A DNA stretch of 64,000 bases, from positions 321,061 to 385,060 of the forward strand of contig JACKFB010000003.1 of NCBI GenBank assembly GCA_020632695.1, given 5' to 3'. Positions 8,582-19,249 of this stretch are shown here, one piece after another; positions within the stretch are counted from its first letter, which is position 1; each line of letters opens with the position of its first letter. The notes under the pieces were generated by a model. It did not search any database, was not told the DNA's origin, and saw nothing but the letters and a program-made list of their open reading frames with translations. The DNA is from Deltaproteobacteria bacterium (GTDB lineage Bacteria > Myxococcota_A > UBA9042 > PHBI01 > JACKFB01). The position numbers and the translations under genes were made by a program.

Positions 8582-10029
8582 TGCGTGGTCTCTGTCTGGT
8601 CGCCGCGCTGGCGACGCTCGTGGCCTTCGCCCCGGCCTGTGCCCCGGCGGGCCCGTCCCTGCGCGATCCCGCCGCCACCGGTGCGGACGCCACCAGCGCC
8701 CGCCGCCTCGACGGCACGACGGTCGCCTGGGACGACGCGCTGTCGGGGCCGCGCGACAAGCTGCTGGTGTTCATGACGCTCTGGTGCAAGCCCTGCAAGG
8801 CCGAGCAGCCCGCCGTCGAGGCCTGGGCGCGCGCCCACGCCGACAGCTTCGACACCCTGGTGGTCGTCAGCGGCAGCCCGCTCGAGCACGTCCAGCAGAT
8901 GGTGCGCGACCGCCACGTCGCCCTCGACGACGTGACCGTGTGGGTGGACTCCGCGGGAACCGTCGCCGCGCGCTACGGCATCAGCGCCACGCCCACGCTG
9001 CTCTGGACCAGCCCGGACGGACGCGTCCGAGGCACCTGGAACCACATCGACGCGGTCTCGGTCGAGCCCGGGGCGCCCTCGGCCGGTGGGCCTCCGGCCG
9101 AGCCCGTCACCGACAGCGGCCACGAGCTGGGGACCTCCTACGACGTGGTCGTGTGGGCGGACGCCGCCCGGCGCACCGACGTGGAGAGTGACCTCGCGTC
9201 CGGCCGCGCCCTGGTGCACGCGCTGGACGAGCGCCTGTCCGAGTGGCGCCCCGACAGCGAGGTCAGCCGCGTCAACCGCCTCGCCGCCTCCGGCCCGGTG
9301 CCCCTGGCGCCCGACCTCCGCCAGCTCCTGTCCGGGGCGCGCCAGGTCTCGGAGGTCACCGCCGGCGCCTTCGACATCACCTGGCGGCCGCTGGGCGACC
9401 TGTGGCGTGATGCCATGGTGCAGGGCGTCTCGCCCCGCCCCGAGGCCCTGGCCGAGGTGCTCGCCGCCGTCGGCTACCGCCACGTCCACCTCGACGACCG
9501 CGGCGTGGCCTTCGACCACCCGGCCACGCGCATCGGCGTCGCCGGCGTCGCCAAGGGCTGGATCATCGACGCCCTGTGGCGCCACCTGCGGGAACGCGGC
9601 TGGGAGGACCTGATCGTCAACATCGGCGGCGACATCCGCACCAGCGGGCGCCAGGGCGATGGCGCGCCCCAGGTCTTCCGCATCGCCGACCCCTGGCATC
9701 CTGGCGAGGTGGTCACCTCCATCGAGGTCGAGGACACCGCCATCGCCACCTCGGGCAACTACGCCCGGGTGCGCGAGGTGGCCGGCGAGCCCATCGGACA
9801 CATCCTGGACCCGCGGACGGGGCGACCGCCGGCCTTCGACGGCTCGGTCACCGTGCTGACCCGCGACGCGGCGATGGCGGATGCGCTGGCCACGGGGCTC
9901 TTCGTGATGGGTCCCGACGCGGGGCTGGCGCTGGCGCGGCAGACGCCCGGGCTGGAGGTGATCTACGTGACGCGCTCGGCGCTGCGCAGCACGCTCTCCG
10001 AGGTGGACGGCCGGCCGCTGCCGCTCTGA
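8581..10029 (+). CDS. apbE: fusion of TlpA-like periplasmic thioredoxin and ApbE FAD:protein FMN transferase
   Basis: ATG overlaps the DUF3570 stop (TGATG). Signal peptide, WCKPCK thioredoxin active site, then a full ApbE-like domain (about 300 aa) in the same frame. Confidence 0.8.
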   Translation: MRGLCLVAALATLVAFAPACAPAGPSLRDPAATGADATSARRLDGTTVAWDDALSGPRDKLLVFMTLWCKPCKAEQPAVEAWARAHADSFDTLVVVSGSPLEHVQQMVRDRHVALDDVTVWVDSAGTVAARYGISATPTLLWTSPDGRVRGTWNHIDAVSVEPGAPSAGGPPAEPVTDSGHELGTSYDVVVWADAARRTDVESDLASGRALVHALDERLSEWRPDSEVSRVNRLAASGPVPLAPDLRQLLSGARQVSEVTAGAFDITWRPLGDLWRDAMVQGVSPRPEALAEVLAAVGYRHVHLDDRGVAFDHPATRIGVAGVAKGWIIDALWRHLRERGWEDLIVNIGGDIRTSGRQGDGAPQVFRIADPWHPGEVVTSIEVEDTAIATSGNYARVREVAGEPIGHILDPRTGRPPAFDGSVTVLTRDAAMADALATGLFVMGPDAGLALARQTPGLEVIYVTRSALRSTLSEVDGRPLPL

Positions 10030-10120
10030 CGCGGGCTGCCGGTTGGCCTGGCCAGCGCCCGGGCCACGGCGCGCAAGTCCCTGGAAGGAAAGGCGTCAGT
10101 CACCCGGCTGGAGGATGTCG

Positions 10121-10200
10121 GGAAACCGGGTCGCGCTCGGGCCGGGTCGCGCTCGGGCCGGGTAGGCCGGGTCGCGCTCGGGCCGGGTCGCGCTCAGGCG
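10121..10200. repeat. tandem about 17-bp GC-rich repeat (cgggtcgcgctcgggcc)x4-5
   Basis: Direct tandem copies visible by eye, lying between the convergent 3' ends of apbE and the response-regulator gene. Confidence 0.7.
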
Positions 10201-10628
10201 GCGGCACTGTGGCGGCCCTCGGAGGGGCGCGCGCGCCTCGGGCCGCCCAGCGCCTCGGCCACGGCGTCGAGGATGACGGCCAGGCGGAAGGGCTTCTCGA
10301 TGACCTCCATCGTCAGCCCGCGGTCGCGGAGCGCGTCGCGGGCGTCCGCTGCGCGCGCCGACATCAGCAGCATGGGCAGGGAGTGCCAATGCCGCGCGAC
10401 CTGTGACGCCAATGTCACACCATCGACCCGGGGCATGTGCACGTCGGCGAGGACCAGATCGATGGCGTCGTGGTCGGCGGCCAGCCGCTCGAGCGCCTCG
10501 GCGCCGTCGACGGCCTCGAGGACCTCGTAGCCCCCGTGCTCCAGGATGCTGCGGGTGATCCGGCGAACCGAGGGCTCGTCCTCGACGACGAGGACGCGTG
10601 GCTTCGCGGCGATGATGTGAACGGTCAT
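10194..10628 (-). CDS. single-domain response regulator (CheY-like receiver)
   Basis: Start at Met 70 of ORF 10194..10835. PRVLVVEDEP and DLVLADVHMP (phospho-acceptor Asp) motifs. No output domain. Confidence 0.8.
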   Translation of the reverse strand: MTVHIIAAKPRVLVVEDEPSVRRITRSILEHGGYEVLEAVDGAEALERLAADHDAIDLVLADVHMPRVDGVTLASQVARHWHSLPMLLMSARAADARDALRDRGLTMEVIEKPFRLAVILDAVAEALGGPRRARPSEGRHSAAA

Positions 10629-10761
10629 GGGGTTCTCCGAGCGTGCGGGCGGATGGAGTGCCCGCGGGGCCGACAGCTGCGGTACGGGGTCACCTTGCAG
10701 GTGGCGTACCAACCGCCGTCGCCCTCTCATGGCAGGACAGGGCAGAGGAGCAACGCGAGCC

Positions 10762-11244
10762 TCAGTAGGGAATTCCCGCGCGGCGGTAGACGAAGTGGAC
10801 CAGCCAGGCCGGCCCGATGAGGAGAAACTGCACATCCTTGAAGAATGAGGGCTTCTTCCCCTCGATCTTGTGGCCGACGAACTGCACGGCCCAGGACACG
10901 GCGAAGAGCACGACCGAGAGCAGCCACAGCGGGACCGCTTCGGCCTGATCCACCAGCAGGTTCCCCCAGACGATGGCGCCGCAGAGCAGCAGCATCCCGG
11001 GGAAGAGGCGCAGGGACAGGCGGGCGTAGAAGGCCAGGGCCACGAGCATGCCCAGGGTGCCCCAGTTGAGCAGCGGCTCGGCGGCGCCAGGGAGGACGCC
11101 GGCCAGGGGGCCGCGGGGGATCGACCAGAGCAGCCCGATCGTGCTGAAGAAGATCAGCGGCACGCAGATCCAGTGGATGAGCTTGTTCGTGGGGTTCCGG
11201 TGGCTGTCGCCGTACTCGTCGAACCACGCCTGGGCGGTCTTCAT
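10762..11244 (-). CDS. DUF962 (Mpo1-like) membrane protein
   Basis: WFDEYGDSHRNPTNKLIHWICVPLIFFS and FVGHKIEGKKPSF motifs typical of DUF962/YGL010w-like proteins. Confidence 0.75.
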   Translation of the reverse strand: MKTAQAWFDEYGDSHRNPTNKLIHWICVPLIFFSTIGLLWSIPRGPLAGVLPGAAEPLLNWGTLGMLVALAFYARLSLRLFPGMLLLCGAIVWGNLLVDQAEAVPLWLLSVVLFAVSWAVQFVGHKIEGKKPSFFKDVQFLLIGPAWLVHFVYRRAGIPY

Positions 11245-11637
11245 CGCCGCGTCCTCCTGTCACGCCGAGGTGATCGCCACGTGACCCGGAGTGCGTACCG
11301 CATCTGACGCACCGCGTCACGCAAGAAAAGCACCGAGATCGCACGTGATCGATACCGGCGGCGGGCGTGGGTGACCCGCTCGCGTCAGGGCGCGGGGCCG
11401 CGGGCCCGGTGGCCCGGCCGTAGACGAGGTCCCCGAGCGGGGAAGGGCCGATGGTCGCGCTCGGACCGAGGCAGGGGCTCCCGCACGCCGGGCGTGCCGT
11501 GCGGCCCTGGCACGCTCGGGGCGGACTGGCTTGGACGGACGCCTCGCCGGGGTCTATCGTCCGCAGTGGCGGGTCCGAGTGCCTTCCGAGGCCCGGCGCC
11601 GCCCCTCCCCGACGTGACCCAGACCCAGGAGCTCCCC

Positions 11638-12108
11638 ATGAAGATCGACATCGGCATCACCGAGACGGGCCGCCACGCGCTGGTCGAGCCGCTCTCGCGC
11701 CTGCTGGCCGACACCTACACGGTCTATCTCAAGACCCACAACTTCCACTGGAACGTCACCGGGCCGATGTTCACGACCCTGCACAACCTCTTCATGGCGC
11801 AGTACACCGAGCTCTCGCTGGCCGTCGACGAGATCGCCGAGCGCATCCGCGCGCTGGGTGCCCCCGCGCCGGGCTCCTACGCCGACTTCGCCCGCCTCTC
11901 GACCGTGCGCGACGCCGAGGGCGTGCCCCGCGCCCAGGACATGATCACCACCCTGGTGGCCGACCACGGCACCCTGGTGGCCACCGCGCGCGGCGTGGTG
12001 GAGGCGGCCGAGGCCGCCGGCGACATCGTCTCGGTGGACCTGGCCACGCGGCGCACCGACGTCTCGCAGAAGGCGGCCTGGATGCTGCGCAGCCACCTGG
12101 AGGGGTGA
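11638..12108 (+). CDS. dps: Dps family DNA-binding ferritin-like protein
   Basis: 156 aa from Met 90 of ORF 11371..12108. YLKTHNFHWNVTGP and ferroxidase-site residues typical of Dps. Confidence 0.85.
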   Translation: MKIDIGITETGRHALVEPLSRLLADTYTVYLKTHNFHWNVTGPMFTTLHNLFMAQYTELSLAVDEIAERIRALGAPAPGSYADFARLSTVRDAEGVPRAQDMITTLVADHGTLVATARGVVEAAEAAGDIVSVDLATRRTDVSQKAAWMLRSHLEG

Positions 12109-12126
12109 GGGCGCGGCCGCTCCTGG

Positions 12127-12330
12127 TCACGGGTCGGGCGGTTCGCCGTCGTCGCAGCGCACGCACTCCAGCGTGGTGCCGAGGTGCTCGCGCCGCCCGT
12201 CCTCGTCCAGGACCCAGGCGCGGTTCTGGAAGGGCGGCCGGTGGCGCACGTGCTGGCGATGGCCGCACTCCAGCAGCGCGACCGGATCGCCCTCCTCGTC
12301 GACCGAATAACCGATGATGCGCTGCTTCAG
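12127..12330 (-). CDS. DUF3565 domain protein
   Basis: Reverse-strand translation gives ...DEEGDPVALLECGHRQHVRHRPPFQNRAWVLDEDGRREHLGTTLECVRCDDGEPPDP*. No ATG/GTG/TTG start in frame downstream of the upstream stop, so the 5' end is uncertain. Confidence 0.45.
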   Translation of the reverse strand: MKQRIIGYSVDEEGDPVALLECGHRQHVRHRPPFQNRAWVLDEDGRREHLGTTLECVRCDDGEPPDP

Positions 12331-12602
12331 AGGGTGTTTCCGTATTCGGACCGAGCGGGGCGCGCCCGCGATGTCCTCTCAGCGGCTCGAGCGCAGAGGG
12401 CGCTCGCCGCGCTCGAGCGACCGAGGCGCTCGAGCTCCTGGAAGGCCATGAGCCAGCCACGCGACGGGAGAATACGCAAACACCCGCTCATGCCGGCGCG
12501 ACGACAGCGCGATGCGGCGGCCGTGGCACGGGCATCTCGGGGGGCAGAGACCCGCGCGGGAATCTGCTAGGCTCGGGTCATCGACCAGCCGGAGCACCCG
12601 TC

Positions 12603-14552
<1,950 letters not shown>

Positions 14553-14599
14553 CGCGGGCGGCTGGGTGCGGGGCGCCGAGGGCGCGAGGCGGGGTGCAG

Positions 14600-16693
14600 A
14601 TGCGTGGGTTCCTCGTCGGGGTGGCGGTGTCGGTCGCCGGGCTGTGGGCCTGCACGGATCAGCACGTGGAGTATGTGAAGGACAGCGGCGGGCGGGCCGA
14701 CGCGGTGGTGCGGGCGGATCCGGGGGCGGACGCCGGGGCCGAGACCGGGGCCGAGACCGGGGCCGAGACCGGGGCCGAGGCCGGGGCCGAGACCGGGGCC
14801 GAGACCGGGGCGGAGGCCGGGGCCGAGGCCGGGGCCGAGACCGGGGCCGAGACCGAGACCGGGGCCGAGACCGAGACTGGCGGCGAGACCGAGACTGGCG
14901 GCGAGACCGATTCGGGGCCGGGTTGTGACACATCGACGCCCGACCCGGTGGTTTGCGATGACGGAGACCCCTGCACCATCGACGTCGGGACCATCGACCC
15001 GGTCACCTGCGTGCTGAGCTGCGTGTCGACGCCCGTGGCCGATCCCGACGGCGACCCCGACGGGGACGGGCTGGGCACCTGCGCCGAGCTGTCCGATGGC
15101 ACCGACTGGACCGACCCCCTCGTCCACAACGGGCTCATGGCCACCATCGGCCGGGCGCCGGACTTCGCGCTGGTCTGGCAGGGCGGCTGCGAGGCCCTGC
15201 CGGACGATTACGGCGCCCTGGTCGCCGAGGCCTTCGAGGGCTCCGAGCCCTCCATGCCCATCCGCGCCGGCTGGGACTACGAGGCCGCCGCCACGGCCGA
15301 CTACAGCCACCCGAGCTACCCCTTCGACCCGCCCTTCACCTCGGCCGATCAGGTCGGCAGCTACGGCAGCTTCCAGCTCCTGCTCACCGGCGGCTTCAGC
15401 CTGGACGCGCCCGGCCGCGTCTGCCTGTCTGTCGACATCGGCGCTGGCGGCGCCGGCCCCGCCGACATCGCCGGGCGCAAGAACGGCTGCGCCCGCGTCT
15501 ACCTGGACCCCGACCTCGAGCCGGCGCCCCTGGCCGAGACGGGCTACGGCTCGGCAGCCAGCCCCGCCACCGGCTGCGCGACGCTCGAGGCCGGCCCGCA
15601 CGCCGTCGCCTGGGTCATCCGCCACAACGAGGCCTACACCTACGCGCCGCGCTTCCATCCGCGCTGGTGCGTCTCCTCCGGCGCCGACTGCGTCCCCGAC
15701 CAGCCCTTCGCCCAGGCGCAGCTCCGCTCGAGCGGGCTGACCGTCGGCTGCGAGCCGGCGTGCGCGGGCAAGACCTGCGGCCCCGACGGCTGTGGTGGCG
15801 ACTGCGGCACCTGCGAGTCCCCAGCCACCTGCACCGCCGCCGGTACCTGCCAGACCACCTGCGCGCCGGCGTGCCAGGGAAAGGTCTGCGGCCCCGACGG
15901 CTGCGGCGGCGACTGCGGCACCTGCGACGCCGGCGAGACCTGCGACGCCGGCGTCTGCCTGGGTACCGGCCCCGCCGTCTGCGGCGACGGGAAGCTCGGC
16001 GGCGGCGAAGCCTGCGACGACGGGAACACCGCCACCGAGAAGCCCCCCGACGTCGCGTCCCTGCCCGCCGGCGCCTGCATCTCCGACTGCTCCGTCGCCA
16101 TGAAGACCTGCGGCAACGGCAGCTTCGAGCCCGCCCTCGGCGAGGAGTGCGACGACGGCAACGCCATCGACACCGACGCCTGCGACAGCTCCTGCATCAC
16201 CAACACCTTCGACATCGGGTCGGCGTGCACCCAGAGCGTCGGCGAGAACGAGCCGAACTTCACCAGCGGCACCATCACCGGCTGCGACGAGGTCCCCGCC
16301 ACCTTCGGCGGCTGCGCCCGCGGCTGCCTCCGCAGCATCCAGCCACCGCTTGGCGCCGCCTTCGTCAGCAACCCGGGCGGCTACTGCACCCTGGTCGCCA
16401 CCAAGTGCGACGGGTCGGGGGTCATCTGCGGCAGCGCACCGAAGATGGGCGACTTCGCCACCTGCACGGCCTGCCCCGAGGGCTTCGTGCTGAGCGAGAC
16501 GGCCACGGCGGTCGAAGCCATCGGCTTCAAGGCCACGATCACCTCCCGCTCCTGCCTCCGTCCCTGCCAGACGCAGTCGGATTGTCGCTGGCGTCAGTGG
16601 GAGTCGCACTCGGATGTGAAGGCGTGGCGCAGCTATGTCTGCAAGGCGCTCCCGTCCACGGGCACGGCCAGGGTCTGCGTGCCGTCACCATGA
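14600..16693 (+). CDS. secreted Cys-rich repeat lipoprotein
   Basis: Start at Met 513 of ORF 13064..16693. Lipobox GLWAC. (ETGA)n low-complexity linker. Two CAGKTCGPDGCGGDCGTC modules. CGDGxxxxxExCDDGN units (myxococcal Cys-rich repeat type). Confidence 0.7.
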   Translation: MRGFLVGVAVSVAGLWACTDQHVEYVKDSGGRADAVVRADPGADAGAETGAETGAETGAEAGAETGAETGAEAGAEAGAETGAETETGAETETGGETETGGETDSGPGCDTSTPDPVVCDDGDPCTIDVGTIDPVTCVLSCVSTPVADPDGDPDGDGLGTCAELSDGTDWTDPLVHNGLMATIGRAPDFALVWQGGCEALPDDYGALVAEAFEGSEPSMPIRAGWDYEAAATADYSHPSYPFDPPFTSADQVGSYGSFQLLLTGGFSLDAPGRVCLSVDIGAGGAGPADIAGRKNGCARVYLDPDLEPAPLAETGYGSAASPATGCATLEAGPHAVAWVIRHNEAYTYAPRFHPRWCVSSGADCVPDQPFAQAQLRSSGLTVGCEPACAGKTCGPDGCGGDCGTCESPATCTAAGTCQTTCAPACQGKVCGPDGCGGDCGTCDAGETCDAGVCLGTGPAVCGDGKLGGGEACDDGNTATEKPPDVASLPAGACISDCSVAMKTCGNGSFEPALGEECDDGNAIDTDACDSSCITNTFDIGSACTQSVGENEPNFTSGTITGCDEVPATFGGCARGCLRSIQPPLGAAFVSNPGGYCTLVATKCDGSGVICGSAPKMGDFATCTACPEGFVLSETATAVEAIGFKATITSRSCLRPCQTQSDCRWRQWESHSDVKAWRSYVCKALPSTGTARVCVPSP
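14741..14900 (+). repeat. tandem 12-bp coding repeat (gagaccggggcc)n encoding (ETGA)n
   Basis: Perfect or near-perfect 12-bp tandem units inside the lipoprotein gene. Confidence 0.8.
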
Positions 16694-16869
16694 CCACCCG
16701 CGGCACCGTCGGCAGTGACGACCTGCGGCGCCCGACGGGCGGACGCGCTGCGCTCGTGCGCGCGCCTGCCTCGCCTGTCCGCCACGCCACGGCCGCCGGG
16801 TAGGGTCCAGCAACCCAGGGTCCCGCGGGCGTTCGGCGCGGCGCGCGCCCGTCGGGTGAGGAGATCTCC

Positions 16870-17532
16870 ATGTTCGCGGGTCACATCGGGGCGGCGCTCG
16901 TGGTGGGGCGGGCGGAGCGGCGAATCAACCTGGGCGCGCTCGTCCTGGCGGCGCTCTTGCTGGATGTCCTGCTCTGGTTCTTCATCCTCGTCGGCCTGGA
17001 GAGCGTCGTCATCCCGGCCGACTTCGCCCGCACGCACCAGCCGGCCTTCGACTTTCCCTGGTCGCACGGGCTGGTGGCCAGCCTCGTGTGGTCGGCCGGC
17101 GCCTTCGGAGCCGCCTGGATCGCCAGCGGGGCCGACCGGCGCCTCCGCCTGCGCGTCTCCGGCCTCGTCGCCGTGGCCGTATTCTCGCACTGGGTGCTCG
17201 ACTTCCTCGTCCACGCCCCCGAGCTGCCGCTGCTCGGAGACTCCTCGCCCAAGCTGGGCCTCGGCCTCTGGCAGTCCATGCCCGTCGCGCTCGCCGTCGA
17301 GTCTGCGCTCGTCGTCCTCGGTCTCGTCCTCTACCTCCCCCGCGCTGGCCTCAGCCGCGCCCGCTCGGTCGCGCTCGCGGCGCTGACGCTCGCCACCCTC
17401 GGCTTCACCATCGCCGGCATGACCGTCGCCCCGCCTCCCCCCTCGCCCCAGGCGATGGCAGGCAGCTCGCTGGTCACCATCGCCCTGACCGCGGCGCTCA
17501 TCGCGTGGCTGGATCGTCGCGCCAGGAACTGA
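16870..17532 (+). CDS. integral membrane protein (YdjM/DUF457-like membrane-bound hydrolase family, tentative)
   Basis: Six to seven hydrophobic helices. Short N-terminal GH motif as in YdjM-type proteins. Assignment is weak. Confidence 0.5.
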   Translation: MFAGHIGAALVVGRAERRINLGALVLAALLLDVLLWFFILVGLESVVIPADFARTHQPAFDFPWSHGLVASLVWSAGAFGAAWIASGADRRLRLRVSGLVAVAVFSHWVLDFLVHAPELPLLGDSSPKLGLGLWQSMPVALAVESALVVLGLVLYLPRAGLSRARSVALAALTLATLGFTIAGMTVAPPPPSPQAMAGSSLVTIALTAALIAWLDRRARN

Positions 17533-17693
17533 CCCCAACGCCGAAGAGCCGAGACGGTCCAGCAGGTTGGCCAGCAGGGGTGTGACCCTGGGGGAGACCC
17601 ACGAATCGAGCCGCGATCGACGGGATGAGTGCCGCGGTGGCGTCGCTGGGCTGGGACTTCGTCGGTCGCACCGGCAAGAACGGTCTCCGCCGC

Positions 17694-17918
17694 TCACTCC
17701 GCGAGTCGCCGGAACGTCTCGTCCTGTTCATCCATGATCTGCTCGGCGGCCGCCATCAGCCGCTGCTCCGGCGTCTGGCGCTGGGGCCGGATCGTCAGCG
17801 TGTCGCCGTCGGTGGTGATCTCGAGTGGCGTGTCCCGCTCGATCTTGAGCAGGTCGAGGATCGGCTTGTCGATGATGATGCCCAGGCTGTTTCCGATGGC
17901 GCTCAGGGTCTTGACCAT
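17694..17918 (-). CDS. AbrB/MazE/SpoVT-type DNA-binding (antitoxin-like) protein
   Basis: 74 aa from Met 44 of ORF 17694..18047. MVKTLSAIGNSLGIIIDKPILDLL swapped-hairpin beta-barrel signature. No cognate toxin gene adjacent. Confidence 0.6.
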   Translation of the reverse strand: MVKTLSAIGNSLGIIIDKPILDLLKIERDTPLEITTDGDTLTIRPQRQTPEQRLMAAAEQIMDEQDETFRRLAE

Positions 17919-18112
17919 GGGGTGACCTCCGGTCGTCCAATGTTGATACCAATGTATGACGCCGGTATGCCAGGGCACAAGTTCCCGGCTACGCGTCGTT
18001 CCCCCGCGCCAACCCTCGTCGAGTCTCTGTCGCGCGCATTGTCTCACTCCATAGTTGGCGCTACGATGCTTTCGATCTGGAGTACGTTTCCACAGCGGGA
18101 GGTTCCAGGCCG

Positions 18113-18547
18113 ATGACCGTCGCGCTCGAGTATCCCAAGGGGCTGTATGGGCCGTCGCCGCTGGTCGATCTGTCCGACCGGACCGTGCGTGAGCGGTTGG
18201 GTCCGGCGGCGGTCAAGGCCTTCTTCCGCATCATGGAGGCCTGGGGCGTGCGGGACGAGCAGGCGCGGCGTCTCCTGGGCGGCATGTCCAACGGCGCCTT
18301 CTACGCGCTGAAGAAGCAGCCGGAGCGGACGCTGGACGAGGATCGGCTGCGGCGGGTGTCCTTGCTGGTCGGCATCTTCAAGGCGCTCAACATCCTCTAC
18401 GACGAGGCGCTGGCCGACCGCTGGATGCAGCTCCCCAACCGCAACCGCCTGTTCGGCGGCGAGACCCCGCTCGACTACCTGATGTCCGGCGGCCTCCCGG
18501 CCTTCCTGACCCTGCGCCGGCTGCTCGATGCTCGCCGCGCAGGGTGA
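18113..18547 (+). CDS. Xre-like antitoxin with DUF2384 domain (RES-Xre system)
   Basis: 144 aa. C-terminal region typical of MbcA/ParS/Xre DUF2384 antitoxins. Overlaps the downstream RES gene by 20 nt. Confidence 0.7.
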   Translation: MTVALEYPKGLYGPSPLVDLSDRTVRERLGPAAVKAFFRIMEAWGVRDEQARRLLGGMSNGAFYALKKQPERTLDEDRLRRVSLLVGIFKALNILYDEALADRWMQLPNRNRLFGGETPLDYLMSGGLPAFLTLRRLLDARRAG

Positions 18548-19232
18548 GCTGCCGCCGGTCACCCGGCTGAGCCGCGCGGGCACGCACCGCCTGATCCCGT
18601 CGAACTACCTCGACGAGGGCGACAGCGTGCTGACGCGCCTCACCGGCGACGAGGGCGAGCTGGCGCTGCTCTTCGAGCTGGACCAGGCCACCAATGACCG
18701 CGGCGCCGCCGAGAACGGGCGCGCGCCGGCCATCGGCCCCGACGAGCTGGTCTTCGGCGTGCCCTACTACCGCACCGTCAACGCCGCCTTCGTCCATGCC
18801 CACCCGCTGGGCGCCCGCTTCAACGGGCCCGAGCGCGGCGCTTGGTACGCGGCCTTCGAGCTGCGCACCGCCCAGGCCGAGGTCGCCTGGCACAAGTCGG
18901 TCGAGCTGGCCGAGGTGGGCTGGTTCGAGCAGCGCCTGACCTGTGACGAGATGCTGGCCGACTTCGCCGGGCCCTTTCACGACCTCCGCGGCCAGCAAGC
19001 CTTCGCCGACTGCCTGCGCCCCGACAGCTACGAAGCCTCCCAGGCCCTGGCCGAGCGCCTGCTCGAGGCGGGCTCCGGCGGCGTCGTCTACCCGAGCATC
19101 CGTCGCGCCGCCGGCACCTGCCTGGCCTGCCTGCGCCCCGCGCTGGTCTACAACGTCCGCCGCGGCGCGCGCTACGTCTTCACCTGGTCCGGCAACGCCT
19201 CCCCGACCATCCGCCGGGAGAGCGGCGCCTGA
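18528..19232 (+). CDS. RES domain toxin
   Basis: R...E...S signature arrangement (RFNGPERGAWYAAFE ... YEASQALAERL ... VVYPSIRRAAG). Lies immediately downstream of the DUF2384 antitoxin. Confidence 0.75.
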   Translation: MLAAQGELPPVTRLSRAGTHRLIPSNYLDEGDSVLTRLTGDEGELALLFELDQATNDRGAAENGRAPAIGPDELVFGVPYYRTVNAAFVHAHPLGARFNGPERGAWYAAFELRTAQAEVAWHKSVELAEVGWFEQRLTCDEMLADFAGPFHDLRGQQAFADCLRPDSYEASQALAERLLEAGSGGVVYPSIRRAAGTCLACLRPALVYNVRRGARYVFTWSGNASPTIRRESGA

Positions 19233-19249
19233 TCCCGCGGTGGCGCGGG

